64,000 nucleotides of DNA from NCBI GenBank assembly GCA_039588295.1, contig JBDHAB010000008.1, positions 1 to 64,000 on the forward strand, in the 5' to 3' direction. The position numbers and the translations under genes were made by a program. The notes below the pieces were generated by a model. The model was not told the DNA's origin and searched no databases. It saw only the letters and a list, made by a program, of their open reading frames with translations. This DNA comes from Gemmatimonadota bacterium. GTDB taxonomy: Bacteria; Gemmatimonadota; Gemmatimonadetes; Gemmatimonadales; GWC2-71-9. Of the stretch, positions 30,980-40,296 are shown piece after piece (the first letter of the stretch is position 1; each line of letters starts with the position of its first letter).

Positions 30980-31402
30980 ATGACGTTCCAACCAACCGTC
31001 CCAATTGTATCGGGCCAGCCGGTGTTGGGACTCGGGTGGACCCGTGTCGCCAAGCTCGTCTCAGCGACCGTGGAGCCGGCTTCGATTGACCGCATTTGGC
31101 TCTTTGCTCCCGTGCGTCATGACGAGCGTGAGTGGGGAACCGCGCTCATCGCTTGCAGGACGGACGACGGTCGCCAGCGCATCTTCACGGCCAGCTACCT
31201 TCTCGTGATCCGTGGACGGGAGCGGGGACAGGGAAAGGTGGTGGTCGAGGAAGTCGGCACAAGCCCGCCGAGGGTTCTGCACGAAGTCATCGTCGGCGTC
31301 CAGGAACGGGCCGACGAGTCGGAGCCGCCGGTGGAGATCGCGCCCGGTTTGTGGTTCGGCGCCGATGGAGAGAGCGTCGGTGCTGGCGCGGACCTGACGT
31401 AG
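30980..31402 (+). CDS. Hypothetical protein
   Basis: ORF with protein-like composition (IDRIWLFAP...EWGTA); start uncertain. Confidence 0.65.
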   Translation: MTFQPTVPIVSGQPVLGLGWTRVAKLVSATVEPASIDRIWLFAPVRHDEREWGTALIACRTDDGRQRIFTASYLLVIRGRERGQGKVVVEEVGTSPPRVLHEVIVGVQERADESEPPVEIAPGLWFGADGESVGAGADLT

Positions 31403-31473
31403 TGCGGCGCTGTCCGCGGTGCTCGCCTTAGACGTCCCGTCCACTCACACTCAAGGTGTAAGGTGCGACCGCA

Positions 31474-32034
31474 GTGATCGATCCCGCGACGTTTCTGCCG
31501 AGCAGGGCCTTTCTCACGAAGGGCGTCGGACGTCACAAGGAAAAGCTCACGAGCTTCGAGCTGGCGCTCCGCGACGCGAGAGTTGCGCAGTACAATCTGG
31601 TCAGGGTCAGCTCCATCTGGCCGCCTCACTGCTCGTTGGTGTCGTGGGAGCATGGGGTCAAGATGCTGCGTCCTGGTCAGGTGGTGTTTGCCGTCGTGGC
31701 TGAGGCTCAAACCAACGAGCCGTCGCGACTCGCCACAGCGGCAATCGGTCTCGCGATACCGGCCGATACGAGCCATCACGGATACATTTCGGAGCACCAC
31801 GCGTTCGGCCAGCGTCAGGATCCGGCCGGTGACTACGCCGAGGATCTCGCGGCGAGCATGCTGGCCACCGTGCTCGGTGTACCGTTTGATCCGGATCAGG
31901 CGTGGGACGAACGTCGAGAACAGTGGTTACTCTCGGGCGATATCGTGTCCACGAGCAACATCAGTTGCTCTGCGGAGGCCCAAGACGACGGACGATGGAT
32001 CACCGTCGTCAGCGCGGTGGTATTCTGCGGATGA
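31474..32034 (+). CDS. pdaD: Pyruvoyl-dependent arginine decarboxylase
   Basis: SFELALRDA..YNLVRVSSI.PP (Ser-Ser autocleavage site), GYISEHH; next to agmatinase. Confidence 0.9.
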   Translation: MIDPATFLPSRAFLTKGVGRHKEKLTSFELALRDARVAQYNLVRVSSIWPPHCSLVSWEHGVKMLRPGQVVFAVVAEAQTNEPSRLATAAIGLAIPADTSHHGYISEHHAFGQRQDPAGDYAEDLAASMLATVLGVPFDPDQAWDERREQWLLSGDIVSTSNISCSAEAQDDGRWITVVSAVVFCG

Positions 32035-32978
32035 ACGAGTTCCGTGACCGCGGGGGGGACAGGCTTCCGGCGTCGCTGAGCGCGTTGCCGTGGGGCACCA
32101 AGGAGACGTTCCTCGGTCTCCCGCCTGAGGAGGCGCCGTTCGACGCTTCCCCAGTGACCATTCTCCCCGTTCCCTACGAGGCGACCACATCGTACATGGG
32201 AGGTACGCGCTTCGGTCCGCGCGGCTTGCTCCACGCGTCACGCTACGTCGAACTCTACGATCACGAGCTCGATATCGAGCCCTATCGCGTCGGCATTCAT
32301 ACCCTTCCAGAGCTCATGCTCTCGGGCGGGGGGCCAGAGCGCGCGCTCACCGAGCTCCGGGCCGCGATTGACGCGCTACTCAACGAAGGAAAGTTCGTGA
32401 TCATGATTGGCGGCGAGCACTCGGTCTCAGGGCCGCCGATCTTGGCACATGCCGCCCGGGTCGATGGCGACTTGTCGGTCCTGCAGCTGGACGCGCACGG
32501 CGACTTGAGGTCGGACTACGGGGGCACGCCGTTCTCGCACGCGTGCGTCATGTATCGTGTTCACGAGCGTGTCCGCCTGGTGCCCGTCGGCATCCGGTCG
32601 TTGACGGCTGCCGAGCGCGATCTCATGCGGGAGCGCGGTATTCCGACGGTCTTCGGCCACGAGCTCGAAGAACCCGGTTGGGTCGATCGCGTCCTCGCCA
32701 GTTTGCAGGATCCGGTCTACATCACCATCGACGTCGACTACTTCGATCCGGCGCTGATGCCGTCAACGGGCACGCCCGAGCCGGGCGGTGGCACGTGGCG
32801 CGCGACCCTCGAGCTTCTCGAGGCGGTGTTCCGCACGAGGCGGGTAGTCGGGTGTGACGTCGTCGAGCTCGCCCCGATGCCCGGCTTGGTGGCGCCTGAC
32901 GTTCTGGCGGCCAAATTGGTCTACAAGCTCGTCGCGTTCTATGAGCGGTATCAGGTGGCTCGGGAACTGAGCGGCTGA
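32031..32978 (+). CDS. speB: Agmatinase
   Basis: GGEHS, DAHGD, DVDYFDP..PSTGTPEPGG ureohydrolase motifs. Confidence 0.93.
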   Translation: MNEFRDRGGDRLPASLSALPWGTKETFLGLPPEEAPFDASPVTILPVPYEATTSYMGGTRFGPRGLLHASRYVELYDHELDIEPYRVGIHTLPELMLSGGGPERALTELRAAIDALLNEGKFVIMIGGEHSVSGPPILAHAARVDGDLSVLQLDAHGDLRSDYGGTPFSHACVMYRVHERVRLVPVGIRSLTAAERDLMRERGIPTVFGHELEEPGWVDRVLASLQDPVYITIDVDYFDPALMPSTGTPEPGGGTWRATLELLEAVFRTRRVVGCDVVELAPMPGLVAPDVLAAKLVYKLVAFYERYQVARELSG

Positions 32979-33001
32979 GGCCCGGGTTATCGCCGTAGCT
33001 C

Positions 33002-33727
33002 ATGGGTAGCGAATCGGTCGGCCTGGCAGTCGCGTTCGTCGCCGGCGTGTTGAGCTTCCTCTCGCCGTGCGTCCTCCCGTTGGTGCCGAGCTACGTCTCC
33101 TTCATCACCGGCCTGTCGCTGGACGAGTTGGAGTCGCGGCGGCGCGTGGCGCTCGTGCACGCGCTGCTCTTCATCAGCGGCTTCACGCTGATCTTCCTGG
33201 CGCTGGGCGCGTCCGCTACACAACTCGGTCGGTTTCTCAACTACAATCAGGTCTGGCTCGAGCGCTTCGGTGGTGTGCTCATCATCTTCTTCGGCCTCTA
33301 TCTCGTCGGAGCAATCCGGTGGAGTGCGCTGGGGCGTGAGCGACGGGTGCACCTCCAGAACAAACCGGTTGGCTACCTTGGGAGCCTGCTCGTCGGGTTG
33401 GCGTTTGGGGCCGGATGGACGCCGTGTATCGGGCCGATTTTGGGCTCGATTCTCATGTACACGAGCGTCAAGTCGAGCTTATGGCAGGGGCTCACCCTCC
33501 TCCTGGCCTACTCCCTCGGCCTCGCGCTCCCGTTTCTGCTGGCCGCCGTAGCGGTGGATCGATTCATCGAGTGGTTCAAGAAGTTCCGCCGCTACATCCC
33601 CTTGACCACCAGGTTGGCGGGAGGCGTGCTGGTGGTTGTCGGCCTATTGCTTCTGACTGGCTATTTCTCCTTGCTCGCGAGCTGGCTGCAGGGTCTGACG
33701 CCCGCGTTCCTCCGCGAGCGGCTGTAA
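33002..33727 (+). CDS. ccdA: Cytochrome c biogenesis protein CcdA (DsbD transmembrane domain)
   Basis: SFLSPCVLPLVP and GWTPCIGP. Confidence 0.93.
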   Translation: MGSESVGLAVAFVAGVLSFLSPCVLPLVPSYVSFITGLSLDELESRRRVALVHALLFISGFTLIFLALGASATQLGRFLNYNQVWLERFGGVLIIFFGLYLVGAIRWSALGRERRVHLQNKPVGYLGSLLVGLAFGAGWTPCIGPILGSILMYTSVKSSLWQGLTLLLAYSLGLALPFLLAAVAVDRFIEWFKKFRRYIPLTTRLAGGVLVVVGLLLLTGYFSLLASWLQGLTPAFLRERL

Positions 33728-33806
33728 CCGATTTGGCACGCATGCGAGCCGCCCGCCGCCGCAGGTTGCGGTGACGGGCGGAAGCGACGTCGCGCGGGGC
33801 CTACCT

Positions 33807-34826
33807 CTACGCCGCGGGCTCCATGCTCGCCTTGTAGCTCCCGAATCGGGCGGCACCGTTCAGCTTGGCCCGCTGGTGGTAGGCCTTCTGCGCTGCCGGT
33901 ACGTTTTCCGCCTTGCCCTGCCACACCGCGAGCGCGGGCGCCTGCAGCGCGCGACCATAGGAGAAGCTGAGCTCCCACGGATAATCCCCCATGGCGTTCA
34001 TCGCGCTCAAGTGGGCGGTCGCCTCCTCAGCGCTCTGGCCGCCGGACAGGAAGACAATTCCGGGGAGGGATGCGGGCACGGCACGTCTGAGACAGCGGAC
34101 GGTTGCTTCGGCCACTTCCTCCACGCCGGCTTGCCGCGGACAGCCCTTTCCCGGGAGCACCATGTTGGGCTTGAGCAAGGCGCCCTCGAGCACCACACGG
34201 TGGGCATGAAGGTGGAAGAACAGGCTCTCGAGTGCAGTCTCCGTAACGTGTTCGCATTGCTCGATGGTGTGATCGCCGTCCATCAACACCTCGGGTTCGA
34301 CGATCGGGACGAGCCCCGCTTCTTGAGATAGCGCCGCGAAGCGGGCGAGCGCGTGGGCGTTGGCGTCGATGCAAAACCGCGTCGGAAGTCCATCACCGAT
34401 CGCGATAACCGCCCGCCACTTCGTGAACCGGGCGCCCAGGTCGTGGTACTCTGATAGCCGGTCGCGCAGCCCATCGAGGCCCTCAGTGATCTTCTCACCA
34501 GGGTAGCCGGCGAGCGGCTTCGCACCGGTGTCGACCTTGATCCCCGGAATGACGCCCACATCTTTGAGCACCTTGGGGAACGGCTTCCCTGCCTTCGTAC
34601 TCTGGCGGAGCGTCTCGTCGAACAGAATGACGCCGCTGATGTGCTCTTCGACGCCCTTAGTGGTGAGGAGCATTTCCCGATATGCGCGACGGCTGTCTTC
34701 CGTCGAACGGACGTTGAGTTGCTTGAACCGCTTTTCGATCGTGCCGAAACTCTCGTCGGCCGCCAGGATGCCCTTGCCCTTGGCCACGATCGAATGGGCG
34801 ATTGATTCGAGTTGTTGAATGCTCAT
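33807..34826 (-). CDS. Fructose-bisphosphate aldolase class I (eukaryote-like family)
   Basis: GILAADES, KWR, VPIVEPEV, LLKPNM, FLSGGQ, FSYGRALQ. Confidence 0.95.
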   Translation of the reverse strand: MSIQQLESIAHSIVAKGKGILAADESFGTIEKRFKQLNVRSTEDSRRAYREMLLTTKGVEEHISGVILFDETLRQSTKAGKPFPKVLKDVGVIPGIKVDTGAKPLAGYPGEKITEGLDGLRDRLSEYHDLGARFTKWRAVIAIGDGLPTRFCIDANAHALARFAALSQEAGLVPIVEPEVLMDGDHTIEQCEHVTETALESLFFHLHAHRVVLEGALLKPNMVLPGKGCPRQAGVEEVAEATVRCLRRAVPASLPGIVFLSGGQSAEEATAHLSAMNAMGDYPWELSFSYGRALQAPALAVWQGKAENVPAAQKAYHQRAKLNGAARFGSYKASMEPAA

Positions 34827-34960
34827 TGATGCAACACCTCATGAGATACAGATCGGAGTCGATGAGAAGCGAGCATATCGCTCCCGATGCGTCGCCACGT
34901 TGTGCACCGAAACTATCTGGCCCTTACGCTCTGCGCCAGTTGCGTCCGGCGCACAGGACG

Positions 34961-36730
34961 CTAGAACCCCGTGGCTCCTCCGCCCGCCCGCGGGTCGGGC
35001 ACGCCGATCCACCCGCCTGACGTCCGCATGATGCCGGCGACCTCACCGCTGTAGCCCCGCTGCTCAGCGATGGTATGGCCGATCTCCTGCAGTCGCATGG
35101 TTACCTCGGGCAACAGGCCGTCGTGCTCGTACAGAATCCGGTCGGGGAACGCCTGATGGTGCACCCTCGGGGCCGCGATGGCTTCAGTGAGGCTCATGCC
35201 GTGGTCGATCACGTTGGAAATCACCTGGGTTACCGTCGTGATGATCGTGGGGCCGCCTGGCGTTCCGAGGACCATGAGCAACTCCCCGTTGGGGTCTAGC
35301 ACGATCGAGGGTGTCATGGCGGACAGCATACGCTTTCCAGGCTCGACCGCGTTGGCCTCGCCCTGAATCAGGCCGTACTGATTGGGAAGCCCTGGCGCGG
35401 ATGTGAAATCGTCCATCTCATTGTTGAGGAGGAACCCGGCCCCCTCGACCGTTACCGCGCTGCCATACCCGGAGTTGAGGGTGGTGGTGACGGCGACCGC
35501 ATTCCCTTCCGCGTCGACCACGGAGTAGTGGGTCGTGTGATCTCCCTCGGCAACTCCGGGTTGCAGGGTGGCGCTTTGTGTCGCGTGGTCCGGGTCGATG
35601 GTTGCCCGCTGCTGCGCTGCATACGTCTTGGAAAGCAGCTGGTCGAGCGGCATAGCGACGAAGGCGGGATCGCCGAGAAAGTGATTACGATCAATGAACG
35701 CGCGACGCATGGCCTCGGCGAGGACGTGCACGTGCGGGACGCTCGCGAATTGCGGCAACGGCTCGAAACCCTCGAGGATGTTGAGGATCTGGGCCATGGT
35801 GACTCCGCCCGAGCTGGACGGTGGCATGGAGTAGATCGCGTGTCCCCGGTAGCTGATGGCGACGGGCTCCCGCCATATGGCCTCGTAGGACGCGAGGTCG
35901 GTTCGCGCGATCCAGCCTCCACCCCGCTCCATCTCGGCCACGATGAGGTCGGCAACGTATCCCTCGTAGAACACCTTGGATCCACTGTCGGCGATCGCCT
36001 GGAGCGTCCGGGCGAGGTCCGGCTGCACGAAGAGCGTGCCCGCAGGGGGTGCCTCACCCTTTGGCAAGAGAAACTGCGACCGTGACGACCGGAACAACCG
36101 CAGGCGGCGAGCGGCGTATTCGAGCGATCGGCTCCGGTGTTCGTCGAGTGCGAACCCGTCACGAGCCAAGCGCACGGCTGGCTGCATCACCTCAGCGAGC
36201 GACATTGTCCCAAACCGGCGCTGTGCCTCCGCGAGTCCGGCAACGCTCCCCGGGACACCCGCTGCCAGGTGTCCGGTGACACGGGTGTCACGCAAGTTGC
36301 CTGCCGTATCCAGGTACATCTCCCGATGAGCCCGTGCCGGAGCCGTCTCTCGGAAGTCGAGTGCGTAGGCCGGGCCGTCGCGCGTACGGATGATCATGAA
36401 GCCCCCACCACCGAGATTCCCGGCGGAGGGGTGCACCACGGCCAAGGCAAAGCCGACGGCGACGGCGGCATCAACCGCATTGCCGCCCTTACGGAGGATC
36501 GCGGCACCGACCTCACTTGCTCGAGGGTGCGCCGACGACACCATCGCCCGCGGCGCGACGACCGGGGTGGTTTCCGCGAACAGCGGCCAGGTCGGGGGAA
36601 TGAGCCCGAACGGACCGCCGGCCGGATTCGGCGCCGCAGCCGGTGCGCCGGTTCCCGCACAACCCGCGAGCAGCATGGCCAGTGACGTGCTGGCCGGGCC
36701 GATCCACCCTCCCCAATGGCGACGCCTCAT
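34961..36730 (-). CDS. ggt: Gamma-glutamyltransferase (predicted lipoprotein)
   Basis: GGNAVDAA, TTHYSVVD nucleophile, LLNNEMDDF, GTPGG; LLAGC lipobox; GAGGAG SD before ATG 36730. Confidence 0.95.
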   Translation of the reverse strand: MRRRHWGGWIGPASTSLAMLLAGCAGTGAPAAAPNPAGGPFGLIPPTWPLFAETTPVVAPRAMVSSAHPRASEVGAAILRKGGNAVDAAVAVGFALAVVHPSAGNLGGGGFMIIRTRDGPAYALDFRETAPARAHREMYLDTAGNLRDTRVTGHLAAGVPGSVAGLAEAQRRFGTMSLAEVMQPAVRLARDGFALDEHRSRSLEYAARRLRLFRSSRSQFLLPKGEAPPAGTLFVQPDLARTLQAIADSGSKVFYEGYVADLIVAEMERGGGWIARTDLASYEAIWREPVAISYRGHAIYSMPPSSSGGVTMAQILNILEGFEPLPQFASVPHVHVLAEAMRRAFIDRNHFLGDPAFVAMPLDQLLSKTYAAQQRATIDPDHATQSATLQPGVAEGDHTTHYSVVDAEGNAVAVTTTLNSGYGSAVTVEGAGFLLNNEMDDFTSAPGLPNQYGLIQGEANAVEPGKRMLSAMTPSIVLDPNGELLMVLGTPGGPTIITTVTQVISNVIDHGMSLTEAIAAPRVHHQAFPDRILYEHDGLLPEVTMRLQEIGHTIAEQRGYSGEVAGIMRTSGGWIGVPDPRAGGGATGF

Positions 36731-36805
36731 GGTGCTCCTCGTTGACCGGAGTCGTATTCTAGTGGAAGATTCACTGCCAAATCTATCACGGACACGGCGT
36801 CGTCG

Positions 36806-37729
36806 ATGCCAGCACCCGATTTCATCGATTCCCGGCTCACGGAGCGGCGCAACCCGCGCACCGCGAATATCGACGTGGCATCGTCGCTCGAGATCGTCGA
36901 TCTGCTGAACGCCGAGGACCGGCTGGTTCCGGAGGCCATGTCCGCGGTGCGGCATGACATTGCCGCTGCCATCGACCTCGTGGTCGCGACGTTCCGTCGG
37001 GCAGGCAGGCTTGTGTACGTCGGCGCGGGGACGAGCGGTCGGCTTGGCGTCCTGGATGCGGCAGAATGCCCGCCGACATTCGGGACCCGACCGGAGATGG
37101 TCGTCGGCGTGATCGCCGGCGGACCCGACGCGCTTGTGCGAAGTCAGGAAGGGGCCGAGGACGATCGCGGTGCCGCCCGCGACGCGATGGGCAACGTGGC
37201 GGTCACCTCGCGGGACATCGTACTCGGTGTTGCCGCAAGCGGGACCACCCCGTATGTCCACGCGGCGCTCGAGTACGCGCGACAGGTCGGGGCGCAGACC
37301 GTGCTCGTCACGTGTACCGACCCGCCCCAGGGGCTCGCGCAGATGTGTGACGCCGTGATCGTGCTGCGCGTCGGACCCGAAGCGCTGACTGGATCGACGC
37401 GTCTCAAGGCCGGCACCGCGACCAAACTCACGTTGAACGCGATCACCACGGGCGCCATGATTCGGCTCGGCAAGGCCTACGGGAATCTGATGGTGGATCT
37501 CATGGCCTGGAGCGACAAGCTTCGCGACCGGGGTGAGCGGATCGTGATGGAGACATGTGGGGTGACTCGCGAGCGCGCCAGAGCGGCGATCGACGCGGCC
37601 GCTGGATCCGTGAAACTCGCGATCGTCATGGTACGCTGCGCCGTGGAAGCCGCCGAAGCGCGACGACTCCTCGACCAGGCGGATGGCGTGATCCGGTCGG
37701 CGGTTGGCGATCCACCACCGGTGCCGTGA
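36806..37729 (+). CDS. murQ: N-acetylmuramic acid 6-phosphate etherase
   Basis: GAGTSGRLGVLDAAECPPTF, GSTRLKAGTATK, NLMVD. Confidence 0.97.
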   Translation: MPAPDFIDSRLTERRNPRTANIDVASSLEIVDLLNAEDRLVPEAMSAVRHDIAAAIDLVVATFRRAGRLVYVGAGTSGRLGVLDAAECPPTFGTRPEMVVGVIAGGPDALVRSQEGAEDDRGAARDAMGNVAVTSRDIVLGVAASGTTPYVHAALEYARQVGAQTVLVTCTDPPQGLAQMCDAVIVLRVGPEALTGSTRLKAGTATKLTLNAITTGAMIRLGKAYGNLMVDLMAWSDKLRDRGERIVMETCGVTRERARAAIDAAAGSVKLAIVMVRCAVEAAEARRLLDQADGVIRSAVGDPPPVP

Positions 37730-38847
37730 GCGAGCTGGTGCTGGGACTGATGTCGGGAACGTCGATCGACGGTGTGGATGCGGCGCTCGTCGAGATCGAG
37801 GGTCCGTCCACCGTCCGCCTCGTTGCCTGGGAAACACGGCCCTACGAACCGACCGAGCGCGCCGCAATTCTCCAGGTGATCACGAACGGCTCGGTGCGTG
37901 ACGTCGCCCTGTTGCACCGGCAGCTGGGCAACTGGCTCGCCGAGGCCGGCAGCGCCCTGCTGAAACGCACGCGGCACTCCGCGACGAGCCTCGCCTGTGT
38001 CGCGTCCCATGGCCAGACGGTCTGGCACGAGCCGGGACAAGCCACGCTTCAGCTCGGTTGTCCCGCAACACTGGCAGAGCGCCTTGGGGTGCAGGTGGTG
38101 AGTGACTTCCGGAGCCGCGACGTCGCGGGAGGTGGGCAGGGGGCACCCCTGGTACCGGTCGCGGACGCCATGCTGTTTGGCCACCCGACCCGCGGTCGCG
38201 CGTTGCTCAATATCGGTGGGATAGCCAACGTCACGTGGGTTCCCAAGCGTGGCGCGCTCGACGGCGTCATGGCGTTTGACACGGGGCCGGGGGTGGCCGT
38301 GATCGACGCCGTGGCGCGCTTGGCTGATTCGACCCAGCCGTACGATCGCGACGGCGCGCGCGCGGCGCGCGGGAGCGCCGTCGCGGCGGTGGTCGACGAG
38401 CTGATCGCGCATCCGTACTTCGCGGCATCGCCGCCGAAGAGTACTGGCCGCGAGGCTTTCGGCGGCGACGTTGCCCTGCGGCTCGTCGCACTGGTTCGGT
38501 CACATCGATCCGAGGCGAGCGACGACGACTGTGTGGCAACGGCCGTGGAGCTCACGGCCCGGTCGATCGCGAGCGCGTTCGCGCGGTGGCTCCCGGGCGA
38601 CCCAACGCGCGACCTGGTTGTCTCGGGCGGCGGAGCGCGCAACCCCACCCTGCTGGCCCGTGTTCGGACGCTGCTCCCCGATTGGCCCGTTCGGCTGTTC
38701 GATGAGGAGTTTTTCGATGGCGACGCCAAGGAGGCGGTTGCCTTCGCCTACCTGGGCTGGCGGACGCTCCACGGATTGGCGGGTAACGTGCCGACAGCGA
38801 CGGGTGCGGTGGGGCCGCGGGTGCTCGGAAGCATCACGCCGGGATAG
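37726..38847 (+). CDS. anmK: Anhydro-N-acetylmuramic acid kinase
   Basis: GLMSGTSIDG, SHGQT, GGQGAPLVP, FDTGPG, PPKSTGRE, KEAVAFA. Confidence 0.97.
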   Translation: MSELVLGLMSGTSIDGVDAALVEIEGPSTVRLVAWETRPYEPTERAAILQVITNGSVRDVALLHRQLGNWLAEAGSALLKRTRHSATSLACVASHGQTVWHEPGQATLQLGCPATLAERLGVQVVSDFRSRDVAGGGQGAPLVPVADAMLFGHPTRGRALLNIGGIANVTWVPKRGALDGVMAFDTGPGVAVIDAVARLADSTQPYDRDGARAARGSAVAAVVDELIAHPYFAASPPKSTGREAFGGDVALRLVALVRSHRSEASDDDCVATAVELTARSIASAFARWLPGDPTRDLVVSGGGARNPTLLARVRTLLPDWPVRLFDEEFFDGDAKEAVAFAYLGWRTLHGLAGNVPTATGAVGPRVLGSITPG

Positions 38848-38879
38848 CCCCAGGGATTAATCCGGCGAGAGGCGGCGCG

Positions 38880-40286
38880 TCACTCCAGGGTCTCGAGCAG
38901 CCTCGCGGCGTAGCTGGACGGTACGCCGTACACGATTCTCCCGCCCGCACCTGGTTGGCCTCCGAACAGCACGGCAATCACGTCCCCGTTGCGATCGAAG
39001 ATCGGGCTGCCGCTCGCCCCCGCCGTACCGTACCCGTCGATCTGCACGACGTCGTTCAGCACCTTGCTGACCGATCCGGCGAAGAGGCTGCTACGGGCCA
39101 CTGCGCCGGCCATGGGGAGCTCGGTGCCGAGCGGGAAACCGATCAACGCGACCGGGTCGCCTTGGCGCAGCGTGTCGGGTCGGAGATTCAATGCTTGCAC
39201 CGTGGGCACGCCGCCGCGGATATCGACTTTCACGGCAGCCAGGTCCGCATCGGGTGAGACACCGAGCACGCGTCCGCGCCACGTCTGCTCGGAGTCGGCA
39301 AAGCGAACGGCGATCTCGATCGGCTGCCGTGTGCCGTCCTCACCCGCGACGACATGCCGATTCGTGAGCAGCACGCCATCGGATCGCACCGCGAACGCGG
39401 TGCCCGTGAAAATCTCTCGCGGGCCGAATCTGACCCAAATCAGCGCCACCGCTTGTTGATTGCGATCGGCGATACCAACAAAATCGACGTGCGCGGCGAT
39501 CTGCTGGTACTGAAGGTGTCGGCTCGCGTCCGCCAGTTCTCGGGAGAGCGCCGCGACCCGATCGCTGCTCCCCGCCTGTTGTGCCGCCGTGAGGTCGCGC
39601 TGCAGGCGGGTAACTTCGGTCTGGGATGCCCGCAGCCGGGACGCGAGTCCTTGCACCTGACCGCGGAGCGCCGCCACGGCCTCCTCCGAGGCGCGCATGA
39701 TGCTGTCGGTGCGCGCCTGTAGCGCCGCAACCTCGGCCGCGCGCCGTTGCGTTTGGGCCCGGGAAAACACGACCACGGACCCGACCACGATCACGAACGC
39801 GGCAAACAGCGCCCCGACCACGATGCGCAGCCTCCGTGTCTGGCGGCCGACCTCGACGCGAATCCGCTGCGTCGTGCTTTCCCGCGGCTGTTCACCTTCG
39901 CTCGTTGCGCGGATCAGGCGTGGTTCCGCCGACGGGGCTGCGGCCGCCGGTGAGATGATCCCGTCTGCGGTGCCATCCGCGACGCACCGGAACTCCAGTT
40001 TCGGTCCACCCTCGCCAAACTGGATCTGGTCGGTATCGTCGAGCTGGGTATCCGTGTGGATGCGGTGTCCGTTCACAAACGTGCCGTTACGGCTCTCCGT
40101 ATCCTGCACCCACCACGACCCGGCTTTGTGGAAGAGCACAGCGTGGTGCGCGGAGACTTCCAAGTCTCCCTCGGGGTCGAATCGGAGATCCGACGATGCG
40201 TGACGACCGATGTGAATGCGGGGTTTCGAGAAGACCTCGGTGTGGCCGGTCCGTGCCCCCGAAAGGATGTGGAGCTGAGGCTTCAC
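38880..40286 (-). CDS. FHA-TM-coiled-coil-trypsin-like serine protease
   Basis: N-terminal FHA (IGR, SAHH, SRNGT), TM helix, coiled coil, triad TNRHV / DLA / GASGSP. Confidence 0.88.
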   Translation of the reverse strand: MKPQLHILSGARTGHTEVFSKPRIHIGRHASSDLRFDPEGDLEVSAHHAVLFHKAGSWWVQDTESRNGTFVNGHRIHTDTQLDDTDQIQFGEGGPKLEFRCVADGTADGIISPAAAAPSAEPRLIRATSEGEQPRESTTQRIRVEVGRQTRRLRIVVGALFAAFVIVVGSVVVFSRAQTQRRAAEVAALQARTDSIMRASEEAVAALRGQVQGLASRLRASQTEVTRLQRDLTAAQQAGSSDRVAALSRELADASRHLQYQQIAAHVDFVGIADRNQQAVALIWVRFGPREIFTGTAFAVRSDGVLLTNRHVVAGEDGTRQPIEIAVRFADSEQTWRGRVLGVSPDADLAAVKVDIRGGVPTVQALNLRPDTLRQGDPVALIGFPLGTELPMAGAVARSSLFAGSVSKVLNDVVQIDGYGTAGASGSPIFDRNGDVIAVLFGGQPGAGGRIVYGVPSSYAARLLETLE

Positions 40287-40296
40287 GCGCGTCGCG

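Noticed and set aside
33807..34826. Eukaryote-like class I aldolase as recent horizontal transfer
   Set aside because: The family is known in many bacteria and base composition matches the neighbours
36731..37867. Apparent N-terminal extension making Ggt 968 aa
   Set aside because: Antisense to murQ and the start of anmK; the real start is ATG 36730 with SD and lipobox
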